A DNA stretch of 62,940 bases, counting the filler, from Hyphochytrium catenoides (taxonomy: Eukaryota > Protista > Hyphochytriomycota), in assembly GCA_900088475.1 (NCBI GenBank). It is 7 parts of 7 records of this genome, joined end to end, with 100 filler letters (N's around TTAATTAATTAA, not from the genome) between each part and the next. Parts side by side here need not be neighbours in the genome. Positions count along the whole stretch, not along the records: positions 19,228 to 35,166 come from FLMG01001743.1; positions 35,267 to 39,825 come from FLMG01002131.1; 5 more parts are not named here. One strand, written 5' to 3'. A model generated the notes under the pieces. That model did no database searches. It was given only the letters and a program-made list of their open reading frames with translations, and was not told the DNA's origin. Below, piece after piece: positions 23,261-35,311 of the stretch. Numbering within the stretch: the first letter of the stretch is position 1; every line of letters begins with the position of its first letter. Made by a program: the position numbers and the translations under genes.

Positions 23261-23983
23261 CATCACAACAGGGTTGGCATGCTGCTTGTACGATTAGTGA
23301 GAAGGAACGGGAGACAGAATCAGAGCGAGATACGTCATATCACACATAGGAGCTTGAAGAAGAGATTCACGTTCTATTAGAGTCAATCATTGATTAACAT
23401 CTAGACAGACATGGCATCTTTGAGAGACAGAGTAGGCCTCTATTTGATACAGAGTCATGAGGAGAGATGAGGCAAGCGCTCTTCCACAGTTGGTTTCTTC
23501 TCTGATTTCTTGCTTTTTGCGCCGTTGATCCTTTCCCTGCCGGTGTGGCCTGGCCTCACCATCATCAAGAGCTCCACCTCCAGCAACCAAGCGCGCAACA
23601 TCGTGATGATGAGCGTTGGCATGCATCGGACTTAGCGAATGGCACAAGGAGCGAGGTTACCGAGGATAGCCTCCCGTCCTTCAGCAGCACCTGCAAGATA
23701 TAAAGAGCTTCTGGGCTAGGACCCTGTCTGTCTCCTCCGTTTCTGTTGAACCTCCATGAGAACAATAGAGCGTTGTCTGGAGTAGGAATTCCCCAATAGC
23801 GGCACGCATTTGGCCTGTTGTCCGTTCTCCCACGCCTACTGTAACCTCGTAAGAAGTTGGGGCTCAGAGATGTGGCTATAAACGAGCGGGAACCAAGGGC
23901 TTGACGTACGGCTCGTCGTTGCTACGCGGAAATTGTAGCGTGTAGGAATCTTCTGACGCCATTCACAAGACCCAACAGGACAA

Positions 23984-25907
23984 ATGGGAGGCTGCACTTC
24001 AAAGGATCCTACCGACGCGGCCACCAACCTTGGGCCTACACAAGCAAACGGGAACCATAGAGGATACAATGAGAGAGATAGAGCAATGAATGATAGGGAT
24101 AGAGGACAGCAGGACAGGGATAGAGGACACAATGACAGGGCTGATGGCAGGGTTGGTCCCCCTGGAAGGGAGTTGAGGCGGCAAGGCAGCCGAGATGTAG
24201 CGCACACTCCCACTTCCACTGGCAGCCGACTGCAAAATAGTAGGGCCGCACAGGGAACAAATGACACTGCGCGGTACGGAGCATCGGATAGGCGAGGTAA
24301 CCATCCAGAGCCGAGCCGAGCTAGGGGAGACTCAAAAGGTTCGCATAAGACTGCGATCACCCCTTCAACTTCCTTCTGTCTACCCGTGTTTCACTCGCAG
24401 TCTTCTTCATGTACCTCGAAGTTCTTCGTAGCTTCTTTTGTCATCAGGAGACGCCTTGCCTTCTCCAGAAATAGCTTCCAAGCCGTCATCACCACTCTGC
24501 TCGTCTCCCGAAATTTACGCTCACTTTCTCACTGTTATCTCATATAATGCAGCGACCAGACGGCGCATCGACTTCCCAGACTTCAGTGAACGGGAGAAAG
24601 ACGCTGTTGACCGTATCATGGCTAATAGCCCACATTTATACATGGCAAAGATCAACTTTGAGGATTTGAAGGTAGAGAATGGCAAGAAGGGAGGTTGATG
24701 ATGTGTCTCTGCGGCCTGTCCTGACACTCTTCTTCATATCCCTCTCTCTCTCTTCCTCTTTCTTGTTACGCTTTTATCCTTCCCTTGTACAGCTTATGAA
24801 GGTGATAGGGACAGGCTCATTCGGCGAAGTGATAAAAGGCGAATATTGTGGCACGCCTGTCGTTATCAAGAGGATGCTTCGTAACAAAATTGACGAGGCA
24901 AATATGGCGATGTTCGCGGAGGAGATACAGCTAATGATGGGCCTACGGCATCCCAATATCGTACAGTTCATTGGAGCCAGTTGGAACTCGTACTCTAATA
25001 TGTATGCTCACATCTGCGGTGCTTCGTCCTTTCTGCTTCTCTCTTTCTCGCACGTATCGTCCTTTGCTTCCTCTTCCTCGCTTCCTCTCCGCTCGGCCTC
25101 TTGTACCGGAGCATGCCTTCCCTTATAGCATCGTAGAGCAGTCTATCTCAGAACGAGTTTCGGTCAGCACAATCTCCTGACCTTCTTTGTCTTTATCACC
25201 CTCGCCCTGTCATCCACGAAGCTCTCTGTCTCGTGCGTCTTCTCTAATCTGTCTCTCTCGCCCACTGATGTCTCTTTCTCCCAGTTGCTTTATTTCAGAG
25301 TTCCTTGATCGCGGAGATCTATTCACGGTCCTTCGAGACACCAGTGTGAAGCTAGCATGGGCGGACCCGATGATACGTATGGCAATTGACTCATGCAGAG
25401 GGATGGCCTACCTTCACAGCATGAACCCACCTGTTATCCACCGAGACCTCAAGAGTATGAATATCCTTGTCAAGTGAGTACCGCTTCAGCCTTGTCTCTT
25501 GTCACGCTGATCTGCACCTCGTGATCTCTTCTTTTCAAAGCCCTTCTTCGCGTTGTATAAGCCAGTTGTCCATCCCTTTGTCACCACTTGGTTTGTTCTT
25601 TGGTGCCGCTTCTTCTTTGTTATGGGCCCCGAGCTCCTGCTGCATGGTGCTCATGCCTTGGACTAGCGAGCTTCTATCTCCACTAATCCATCTTCCGCAG
25701 CTCTAATTTTGGTTGCAAGATCTCCGATTTTGGGCTGAGTCGGACTAAGTCGGTTGATGAGACAATGAGCGTGACGGGAACTCCGTTGTGGCTCCCACCT
25801 GAGATGATAAGGGGCGAACGCTACACAGAGCGTGTTGATGTCTACAGCTTTGGGATTGGTAAGCTATCGCCTGCTGGCGGGAGAACTAGTGTTCGCGACG
25901 CCCCTTC

Positions 25908-25949
<42 letters not shown>

Positions 25950-26356
25950 TCTCTCTCTCTCTCTCAGTATTGACCGAAATGGATACACGCAAGATTCCCT
26001 ACTGGGATGTGAAAGCAAAGGGCGCTAGAAAGAAGAAGGTTTCTGGCAGCACGCTCATGCACATGGTCGCTTATGAGGGACTCCGGCCGTCTGTCTCTCC
26101 AAGCTGCCTCAAGTCCCTAAAAGTCCTCATCGATCGCTGTGTGGCTGACAACTATAAGGAGAGACCCACCTTTGAAGAGATCATTCAAGAGTTTGATAGG
26201 ACAATCAGGGCTGAAGCCAACGAGAGGGCGGCAGAGGAGGCAGCGCGAGCAATGGAGAACAGGCTCAACAAGGCGCAGATGGAGAAAGACGATCTAGCTG
26301 CAGCGCGAGAACTAGGTCTCAAGCTGCCATCTCTAGAAAATCCGCAGTACTCCTAG
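23984..26356 (+). CDS. TKL (MAP3K/Raf-like) protein kinase with N-terminal myristoylation/palmitoylation motif; 6 exons
   Basis: Exons 23984-24296, 24553-24671 (alternative acceptor gives start 24448), 24793-25001, 25285-25473, 25701-25858, 25968-26356 join in phase with GT-AG introns. Motifs GTGSFG, VVIK, HPNIVQF, HRDLKSMN, DFG, GTPLWLPPE, DVYSFG, RPTF; N-terminus MGGCTSK. Confidence 0.93.
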
Positions 26357-26685
26357 CACATGCACATCAAGGACAGAGAGTAGTCCGACTAGGGTCCAGA
26401 GACGGCGCTTGCTTAGGAAAAAGCTTATTTAAACCACTTATTTGACTTGCTTATCAACCTTGAGGGTAGGGGCTTGAAGCCATGAGGAGAGAGGAGAAGC
26501 ATGGTGGCTGATGACAGAGGAAACACTGACGGGCAGATCAACCCAAAGACAGTAAGCGACAGGTGGAATGGGAGAGCTGCAGGATTGCAGTTGCACCTCA
26601 GCGGGCGAAAGAGAAGACGTAAGGAGCTGAGGCCACTATAGGAGATACGGGATAGCAATGGAAGTGGCTTCCTCTCTCTCTCTCC

Positions 26686-26716
<31 letters not shown>

Positions 26717-26948
26717 CTTGCTATTCCTTTCGACCTGCTTCTAAGAAGTCTTGAGCGACACACAGATACAGAGAATACCACTTTATTCCGTGATAAGGAG
26801 CTTTACAAGGGCCAAAGAGACAGAGGTAAATCAATGAAAAGGTGAAGCGTCGCGAGTGCTGAAAGACATGTAGGATACATAAGAAGAACATGACAGGCAA
26901 GTGCCATAGTGCAACATAAATAATGCGACAGGAAGACGAGGAGCAGTC

Positions 26949-28448
26949 TCAGAAGAATTGCGGCGGCGCTGAGCAGCGGCGGTCAGACTGTATGAAGACC
27001 TTATGATGAGCCATAGGGATCTTCCCACTTTCTTGAAGAGAAGAGAGACACTGCTGCTGGTGCGAGACGGTAACAGGAAGGTATTCCTCCCACGGTCCGC
27101 AAGTGCCGCCCAGAGTCACGGGCCTTGTCCTTGTGATAGGCGATGAATGTATGGAGGAGTCATCATCAGACGAAGAAATGATGAAGTTAGAGGATATGAT
27201 ACTCCTTTGCGTCTCTTCCCTCATCATATCAGTGTACCCTCCCACTGGGCTCTGTTGAGAAGCCCTGCCACTCATAGTGTTATACTGGACGTCCCAGAAG
27301 AGGACGACAAAGCAGAGGCACACCAAGGCTGCGAATATAGTAAACGCGATGTTCTCTATCTTCACGTGCTCTTGACAGGCCGCGCTGTAGTTGAGAGGAT
27401 TCATCACTCTGCATTGCTGATAGAGGGCAAGCTGCGTATAATGCTCCTTGCTCACCAGCATTGTGATGGACGTGTAGAGCTGAAAGACGCCGGTGATAAA
27501 GAAAACGGTGGACATAATGTAGATTACCCGGCTGATCTTCGTTGTCTTCTTCCAAGCTCGAACCAGCCGTTGAACGCAGCCACGCCGTGGTCTTTGCTCC
27601 GCTTCCATATCCTTGTACAGCTCTATGGAGTCTTCGGTGTCTCTCCCAATGATGTGTCCCATCTGAGCACCTACAACTGAGTTGATCTTCCTTCCAACCG
27701 CCAGAGCAGGTGCTCTTGAGGTTGTCATACTTCCTCTAGCGCTGGGGCTATAGATAGAGGCTTCATCGCTGCCCTCCGTAGAGACAAAGCTTAGATTGTT
27801 CGTTTCTCTGAGCGCCGTGATTATCCTCCGATTGAGCTGTACGCCAGCGTAGATGAAGTAGCCTAGAGAGACCATCAAGATGCTTCCCATGACCGTAAGC
27901 TTGATTCCTGAGGATAAGTAATGGTTGGCGACCAGGTCTTCCATATAAATAGTGTCAGAGATGAGGAAGACGGCCCATGTAAGGAAGATCAAAGTGGCAC
28001 AACTCAGCGCGACGCCAGGCGGGACCTTGATAACAGCGTCTGCACTAACATTCAACAGCGTAGCCCAGACGCCTACCAGCAGAAAGCACATTGTATAACA
28101 GAGGGCATTACATGCTGACTCCATATACCCGAAGACCTTAGGAGGGAGCACCGCATCGTAGCCTCGGGGATCCACGCCACGGACGATAAAGGTAAGGAAG
28201 CCCATGAAGACGAAGGGAAAGATGACACGCTGTGTCAGGCTGCCACCTCGTCTTGCCACTCTGCATAGAACTATCAGGCTTAGCAAAGCTCCTCCGATGC
28301 CAACCGTCATGAGGAATACGCGCTGAACCATGTACTTCCATCCCAATACGTCGGCATACTTCTCCTCACATTGAAGCCCAACGTAAGGGTAGTGGCAATT
28401 TACAGCCGCTGCCAGAGCAACCGGATCTACAGCTCGTTCTTGCGCCAT
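26949..28448 (-). CDS. Seven-transmembrane GPCR-like protein (possibly THH1/TOM1-type), 499 aa, single coding exon
   Basis: Seven hydrophobic segments, a long Ser-rich loop between TM5 and TM6, a Ser/Thr-rich tail, and N-terminal CHYPYVGLQCE. Confidence 0.8.
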   Translation of the reverse strand: MAQERAVDPVALAAAVNCHYPYVGLQCEEKYADVLGWKYMVQRVFLMTVGIGGALLSLIVLCRVARRGGSLTQRVIFPFVFMGFLTFIVRGVDPRGYDAVLPPKVFGYMESACNALCYTMCFLLVGVWATLLNVSADAVIKVPPGVALSCATLIFLTWAVFLISDTIYMEDLVANHYLSSGIKLTVMGSILMVSLGYFIYAGVQLNRRIITALRETNNLSFVSTEGSDEASIYSPSARGSMTTSRAPALAVGRKINSVVGAQMGHIIGRDTEDSIELYKDMEAEQRPRRGCVQRLVRAWKKTTKISRVIYIMSTVFFITGVFQLYTSITMLVSKEHYTQLALYQQCRVMNPLNYSAACQEHVKIENIAFTIFAALVCLCFVVLFWDVQYNTMSGRASQQSPVGGYTDMMREETQRSIISSNFIISSSDDDSSIHSSPITRTRPVTLGGTCGPWEEYLPVTVSHQQQCLSSLQESGKIPMAHHKVFIQSDRRCSAPPQFF

Positions 28449-29871
28449 TGTACCATGGGAGTCTGTCTGATGTCCCTATCTATTGACGATGCTCTGTACC
28501 TATAGGAAAGGTGGCGGTTTTATAGGAACGGGGCGCCTAGTAGTACTTTGCTCTGCGCTTTCTCTTTACATAGAAGAGCTCGGTGGCCACATATTGAGCG
28601 CGCTAACCGAAGCTGGTGAAGCGCGAGGAGCAAAAGAGTTACTGCTGCTAAGATAGAGGGGAAACGAAGAGAGAGGGAGAGAGAGAGATTCTTTAGCACA
28701 GAGAAGACAGCGGGGAACACGGAGGAATGACTGCCAGATAGACAGAGTTGGACAGTTCGGTACAGCCGCAAGAAAAGCCAGGGGCCGGTCACCCAAGAAG
28801 GAGGGGGAACGGAAGTCACGCAGGCCTTGTGATGCTAGAAACCAGTCACTCAGAAGAGAGAGAGATGAACTCGTAAGAGCGCAAAGAGAGAGAGACAGAG
28901 AGAGACAGAGAGAGAGAGAGAGAGAACAAAACGAAAGAGGAAAAGAGACAAATGTTTTATTGAAGTGGAAAGAATCATCAGAGCCAGGCAGAATCCCAGG
29001 AAGGGAGAGAGACACAGAGAGAGAGAGAGAGACAGAGAGAGACAGAGAGGAGAGAGAGATGATGGTACAAGTAGTAATGCAGTGGGGCACACGGCGTCAC
29101 CGACTCCAATTCACCATGGAGCTTGCTTCTCCCGAAGGCTACCGAGAGGTAAAGCGTAGGCTCCTGTTTTTTACCGCGATACTCTCGAGCACTTTTGCCC
29201 TGTTTCCTCTTCTTCCGACCTCTCCTCTCACAACCGGTTTGTCGTCTTTCCTCAATAGCTTATCGTCTCTCCACTTTGTAGAACCTCCTTCTGAGGGAGA
29301 AGTGGTGCTTTGGAGGAGCTGGACGTGGCGCAGGTATCAGTCCAGGATGCAGCTTACTACGATAGAAAAGGAGGCATAAGATGCGACGAATGAGACAGAC
29401 AGCAGATGCGGACGGACAGCTGGACGGACTATAGAACTACCATAGACTGCCAAGGAAGTAGAGACAGAGAGAGAGAGAGAGAGAGAAAAAGAGAGAGAGA
29501 GAGAAACAGAGTGAGGAAGAGGATAGAGAACCAACCTATGAGACAGAAAAAGGAGGAGAGAAAGAACAAGAGGGAGACAGAGGGAGAGGGAGCGAGAGAG
29601 GAAGGATAGAAAGACAGAGAAAGAAGAGAGATCAAAGAAGGTAGAGAGAGAGAGAGAGAGAGAGAGCTAGAAATCACTACGTGACCGACCATCGGGGTAG
29701 ATGAACTGATCAAAACAGTACTGGCTACTCTGTGTTTGACTTGTTACATACCATTGGGTTTAACTAGACCTTAGGGATTTCCCATAGTGTGAGTTGGTAG
29801 GGCACTGTGTTTGGGCGCCAGACCGACGTGTGTTAGCCAACTCTTCGGCGCAGTGTAGAACATGCACTTTT

Positions 29872-29888
29872 TGGCCAATCAGAAGCTG
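29872..29888 (+). promoter_or_regulatory. CCAAT-box-like motif
   Basis: ggccaatcagaagctgg matches the NF-Y consensus. It lies ~1.4 kb upstream of the 7TM gene; function not shown. Confidence 0.3.
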
Positions 29889-32800
29889 GAGAAAGTCTTA
29901 TCCATTAACTTACCCTTATCTTCGGATATCTGGTCTTTGGGTTCTTGCCCCATTGAACGCAGTGCGTAATTAGTGTAGTGTCACTATCGAAGACACGCTA
30001 TATTCGTGCGCTGCTGTATGGAATTAGGTGATTATTACTTTCGGTCAAAGTATGGGTCATGTCAGTGTCTCTTTCTCCTCGATCCGGTCTCCTCTTCCCC
30101 CGTCTCTTCCTGGCGCTATCTCTCTTCTCTTTATTCTTTTCCATCCAGCTTGTCTGCTCTCTCTCTCTCCCTCTCATCCACGTAAGTCAAACGAGTGACT
30201 CGGTCTCGTCTCTCTTCTTATGAAGACCATCGATGGAAGGGCTACTGAGGCGTCAGGAGACAGTACTTCTTCTACCGCTCAACGAGGCACTAGGTTTGCC
30301 AAGGCAGAGGGCGCATTCACTGCGAGAACATGAATGAATAACGCAGGCAAGGACAGGCTTGACGCTACTTTGACCTAAGAAGCGCAGCGCGACAGACGTG
30401 ACCGTGGTGGTCTCGCGTAAGAACTCAGAGGATAAGGAACTACCGAAGAGCAAGGCGTCGACGAGGTGAAAAGGCAGACAGGCACCTTTCCATCACATTC
30501 CTTTCCCTCTTCTGCTTGTCCCGCAAAGAGGTCAACACGGCGGATAGAGTTATTTATAAAAAAAAATTCCTCCGAAGCAGAAGATCGTTCACAGTAAAGA
30601 GAGAAACATGTGACTGTGGGTGACGATGATCATCCTTGTTGTTGCTCTGTACCATAGAACATGGCACCTGGTGTCACATTCCACACATGTCCTCTTCTCT
30701 TCTTCGTTCGGACCAGAAGAGGACGGAACTTGCTGCTGCGTCGGCTTTTATTTCTTCAAAGATCAGTTCTTTATAATCAAGCTGGTCTTCGCATAAGGGC
30801 AGGCTGAAAGACAAGTTGACTTCTCCTGGTTTGTCCATTGCTTTCTTGACTCTTCTCCTAGCTGCGTCGTGCCAACAGTGGGAAAAGAGGCAAGCTGCTT
30901 GGCTTGAACAAGAAACATAAAACTGATCCCCTAATAAAGAGGTTTTATGACAGTGTCCTATCAGCCAGCTGCCGTCTTGTCAACGCATAACAATGGAGCA
31001 GGGGCAAGTGACGCAGCAATGAGTAGAACACGGAAGATAGATTGTTAAGTTGTAGGCTTGTGAAGGGGATTGACCTCCTCAAACGCGTTAACGCTGGGTA
31101 CCACTACTTGGCAACAGATGGTTTGACTTCTCACTACATGTGCATCATCATCTCTAGGATGAGAACTTCTACGGTCTTCTTCTCACAAGTACTTGCTGTT
31201 TATCCTCGATGATGCTCTCTTTCTGACCTCCTGTGGCCGTTTTATAAGCAGTTTGTCGCCCTTCATCATCGTTCGGCTTGGTCCTGGGACAGGATGTCCC
31301 TTGAGCCGTCCTTATTTGCTTTGCCTCCTTGTTCTCTCCTTCAAACTTATTCGTCACATTCTTTCTCTCTCTCTCTCCTCCGTTACCGAACTCTTCTTCT
31401 CATCTACCATGATGGCTCCACGTGCTATGTTCTTGTCCCATCTCTGGATGGAACTCTAGAGTCAATCTTCTTTGTCCTCGTCGTTTCCTCTTGAATGTAT
31501 ATAGATTCTGTCTTCTTAGATAGGTAGACAATTCTTGATCAACAAGAATGTTCATTTTCTCCTCTCACGAGACACGCAGATATGAGAAGTGCTTTATGCT
31601 TGCTTCGTCTCCAGTCCTTACTCATAGTCCCTACTCACTTGGATGCAAAGGCGTGAGAAGTAGTGTCAAGACCCTTCTTCCTTATAATGGCGTTAGCTAC
31701 TTGGTATCCCTTAACATAGATCTCTTTATCTGCTTTCTTCCCTTAGCCGTCCGTGGGCCATCTTCCAGGCTTCGTGGACTGGGTAAAGATCTTCTAGGAA
31801 ATCAGTAGTGACGGGCTTTAATTATTCCGTGCTTGCTGCCTTAGAAGCCAACGCAATGCGATGCTCTATACTAGCCCCATCCTACTAGCAAGCTTCTGTC
31901 TCCTTGGTCATTTTTGCATAGCTCCGTCATTGCCTACGCGGCGCTGATGTCACCTATGATGCAGGCGGGCGCACTGCGATATAACAGTGACCGTCATATC
32001 AATAATCTGCTTGTTGTTGCCCCTTCTGGCCCCCGTGTGAGTCTCTGGTTTACTGCTGCTCGGTCCTTTCACTCAGCTGTTGGTGACAGAGGCCGACACA
32101 TTGAATGACAGCAATGACAAGCCTCGAGCAGATGGCCTCGGTAGCAGAAGCAAAATGTTCTTTTTTTATACTAATTGATGTGAGAGCCGTATATAGACAG
32201 CATGGACGACTGCAGAGGCCTCCAGCCAGCAATGTCGCAAGTGTCAGCTAAAGAGCGACCATCGGAGAAGAGAAGAATAAACGTTGAAGAGACTGCGACC
32301 TCCGTCGTCTTGAACTAAAGAGTGAATCTTCTTAACACCTTTGGACCAAGGATGGCGTTTCCTTGGATCTTCATCCTCCTTTTTTCTGCAAGTGATCGTT
32401 GGCTCCTGCTACAAAGAAAGCTACCCTTCTCGCTCTGCAGCCTTGGTACGAGTCCTACCTTTTCTCTTCTGTTGATACCTCCCTGCAGCCATGATGACAA
32501 TTAATGAAGCTCAAGAATGACGCTCTTCATTCGAGATCTCAAGCAGACTAACGTTGACAGTGAACGCTCGGATTCTCTTCCATTCTCAGTATCAAACCAT
32601 CAAACCATCAAACTGCTATGGGTCACTTGTTATTCGCTGGCACGACGCGGTGGAAAGAGGAGAGAAAAGAAGGAAGCTTGTAGCCAAACTAGCCTTTTCT
32701 GCTTCTTCCTTCGCTCTCCGCAGACGTAGAAATAGAAGAAAAGAGAGACTAAGAAGAGGTGCACAAAGAATGGAGAGAGTCCAATAGTTGAGCGTGTATC

Positions 32801-35266
32801 TCTCCGAGGCTCAAGAAAGGATGACAGAAAGAAGGAAGGATGACAGAACAACACCTGCGTGACCCTGCTTGGTTTCCATATCTTCAAGTGACATCTCTCT
32901 CTGTCTCTCTTTTCATCGTCAATCCTTCTTTCTTCATTCATTCATGTCTCTCTCTCTTCTCTTCTTCCCTTTTCAACCTCAAGAGAGGGCGAAGATGCTC
33001 TTGCGTCATAAGGAATGATTGCGAATGATTGGCAGTCGGTCGGGCGAGGATCTCCCTGAAGGACAGCCAAAAAGCGAGCAAGGGTGGAGACCAATGACTA
33101 AGAAAAGAAAGAACCCTCAATTCAATGTAAGACTGTCACTTTGTTATCTCTCTTCTCTAGAATAGTGCGTGCCACCGATCAGAAGAGCAAGAAGAAGAGA
33201 TAGAAGAACAGACAAGCGGAGGATGTTGGCTGGTGAAGAGCCATGGTATAGGCTATTCTTACCGTTGTCCTGGGTCGGTCAGAAGGAGAGAAGAAGCTGA
33301 GGACACAATAGCAGCTCTGCTGTCTGAAGGTGGAGGTACGACAAGAAAACGAAGGGGACCAAAGCTCCCAGCCACCAGTGTGATGCATCATAAATATCTG
33401 CCTTTGTTGATATTCCCATCGCTTCTTTCCTACGTTCAAGGTACGAAGAGTGGTGAGGAGGATAAAGGGTCCCTATGTCCAGAAGCACCTGACCCTTTGG
33501 TTATCCTCTTAACTTCCTCTCAAGGAGTTGACTAACATTCGCAGGAGACAAGCGCGTTCGAAAGACACATTACTCATTCATGATGATGCATCCATCAACC
33601 AGAGCCAGTATGTACGAGTGCTTCTCTCTTGCTGTTGCCTGCGCCTCAGCCAGACAGAAGTGGTGGGAAAGTAATCCTTGACGCTACCTTCCAGGCCATT
33701 GTTGCCGCTTCCTCTTTCCTTCCAAGAAGAGAGCTCAAACCTTCTCGACAGCCACAGAGATGAACCCTTTCCACATTGTCCTTGGACACCTTTCGGACAT
33801 TTTACCACGCGTCGCCGCCGCCAATATCCTAAGATCCACACTTCCCGAAGGCACATCACAAGGGAAGAAAGGGAAGAAACCTATCGTTCTTGTTCAGGAT
33901 CAGACTCATAGAGTTTACTCTTCGGTGTGGGCCAAGGTTTGGACCTCGACCTTCCTCTTCCTCCCTGATAAAGTAACAAGCCTGACCTGCCGCATTCGAA
34001 ACTAGGAGACTGGTTTCGTCCTTGGTATAGGGCTGGGTACTCAGTGGCTTGGTATGAAAAGGAAGAGAGCGGGAGGAGGAACTGGAGGACAAGTCATCAG
34101 GAACGTAGAGAGGTTCCGCACCATTAATTTTCCCTCTGTTGAACCCTGCTAATAAGATGAAGAGTAAGAAGAGGAGAACGACAGGAAAGTAGGGAGAGTT
34201 GGACGAAAGAGTTTAGAAGAGAGAGAAGCTGGAAAGAGGTGACCATGCTGCTGCAACCTCAAGTGCTTCATCCCCAGTCCTTCTCCTTCTACGATATTCT
34301 TTGGCCTTTCTTACTCTTGACATAAAGATATATCTTAGAGCAACGCCCTTACTTTCCTTCGTTGCTTTCCTTCTCCAATGAAGCTCTACACACAGCACCG
34401 GAACAAAGAAGAAGAGAAGAGAGACAAAACGAGAGAAGAGAGACAAAAGAAAGAGAGAAGAAGGAAGGGGTGTAATCCTCATTGTTGCTAGAGATAGCGG
34501 GAGCCACGTCAGTTCCTTGTCCTTTTCCTACTAACAGACAGACTTGCAAGCACCACTGAGCGCCTCTTTCAACCGACAGGACGATGATGAGAAGAGGATA
34601 GTGATGACAGCCTCTGACAGGTCTTTGGTAGGAGAGTGATGTAGAGGCGTTTGTCCTGAAGGCTGCTCTCNNNNNNNNNNNNNNNNNNNNNNNNNNNNNN
34701 NNNNNNTCTCTCTCTCTCTCTCTCTCTCTCTCCTTGTGTCTCGCTCTCTGGTCTTTCTAATTTTTCTCTTGATACATCAGTCTCTGGTGCGGTACTTTTT
34801 TTGTTTAGCGTGAGCGATTGGAGTCGGTGATAAGCAGTTCATTAGAGGAGAAAAATACCATGTCAGAATGAAGGTAGGAGAGGAAGAGAGAGAGAGAGAG
34901 AGAAAGAAGAGAGTTGAGCACTGATCTTTCTTCACTTCTCTCGATGCAATGGCAGTGGTAGTGAGCAGTTATGAACGACCAGAGACTTCTTTCTGAGGGA
35001 GAGAGAGAGAGATGGAGTCAGAAAGAGAGACAGAGAGAGAGAGGAGAGGGAGAGAGAAAAGAGAGACACAGACAGGAAAGAGAGAGAGTGTGAGAGCGAG
35101 AAAGAGAGAGAGAAAGGGGAGAGAGAGAGAAAGGGGAGAGAGAGAGAGAGAGAGAGAGAGGGAAGANNNNNNNNNNNNNNNNNNNNNNNNNNNNNNNNNN
35201 NNNNNNNNNNTTAATTAATTAANNNNNNNNNNNNNNNNNNNNNNNNNNNNNNNNNNNNNNNNNNNN

Positions 35267-35311
35267 GTCTATGTCCCTGAGAGCTAGGTGTGTATAGAGA
35301 GTGACTACTGT
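35267..35311. repeat. 45-bp fragment identical to part of the copia LTR (40204-40248)
   Basis: gtctatgtccctgagagctaggtgtgtatagagagtgactactgt at both sites. Confidence 0.85.

Noticed and set aside
30000-34650. Numerous short ORFs in a 4.6-kb region
   Set aside because: No recognisable domain or consistent exon chain by eye; a non-coding or diverged gene cannot be excluded.
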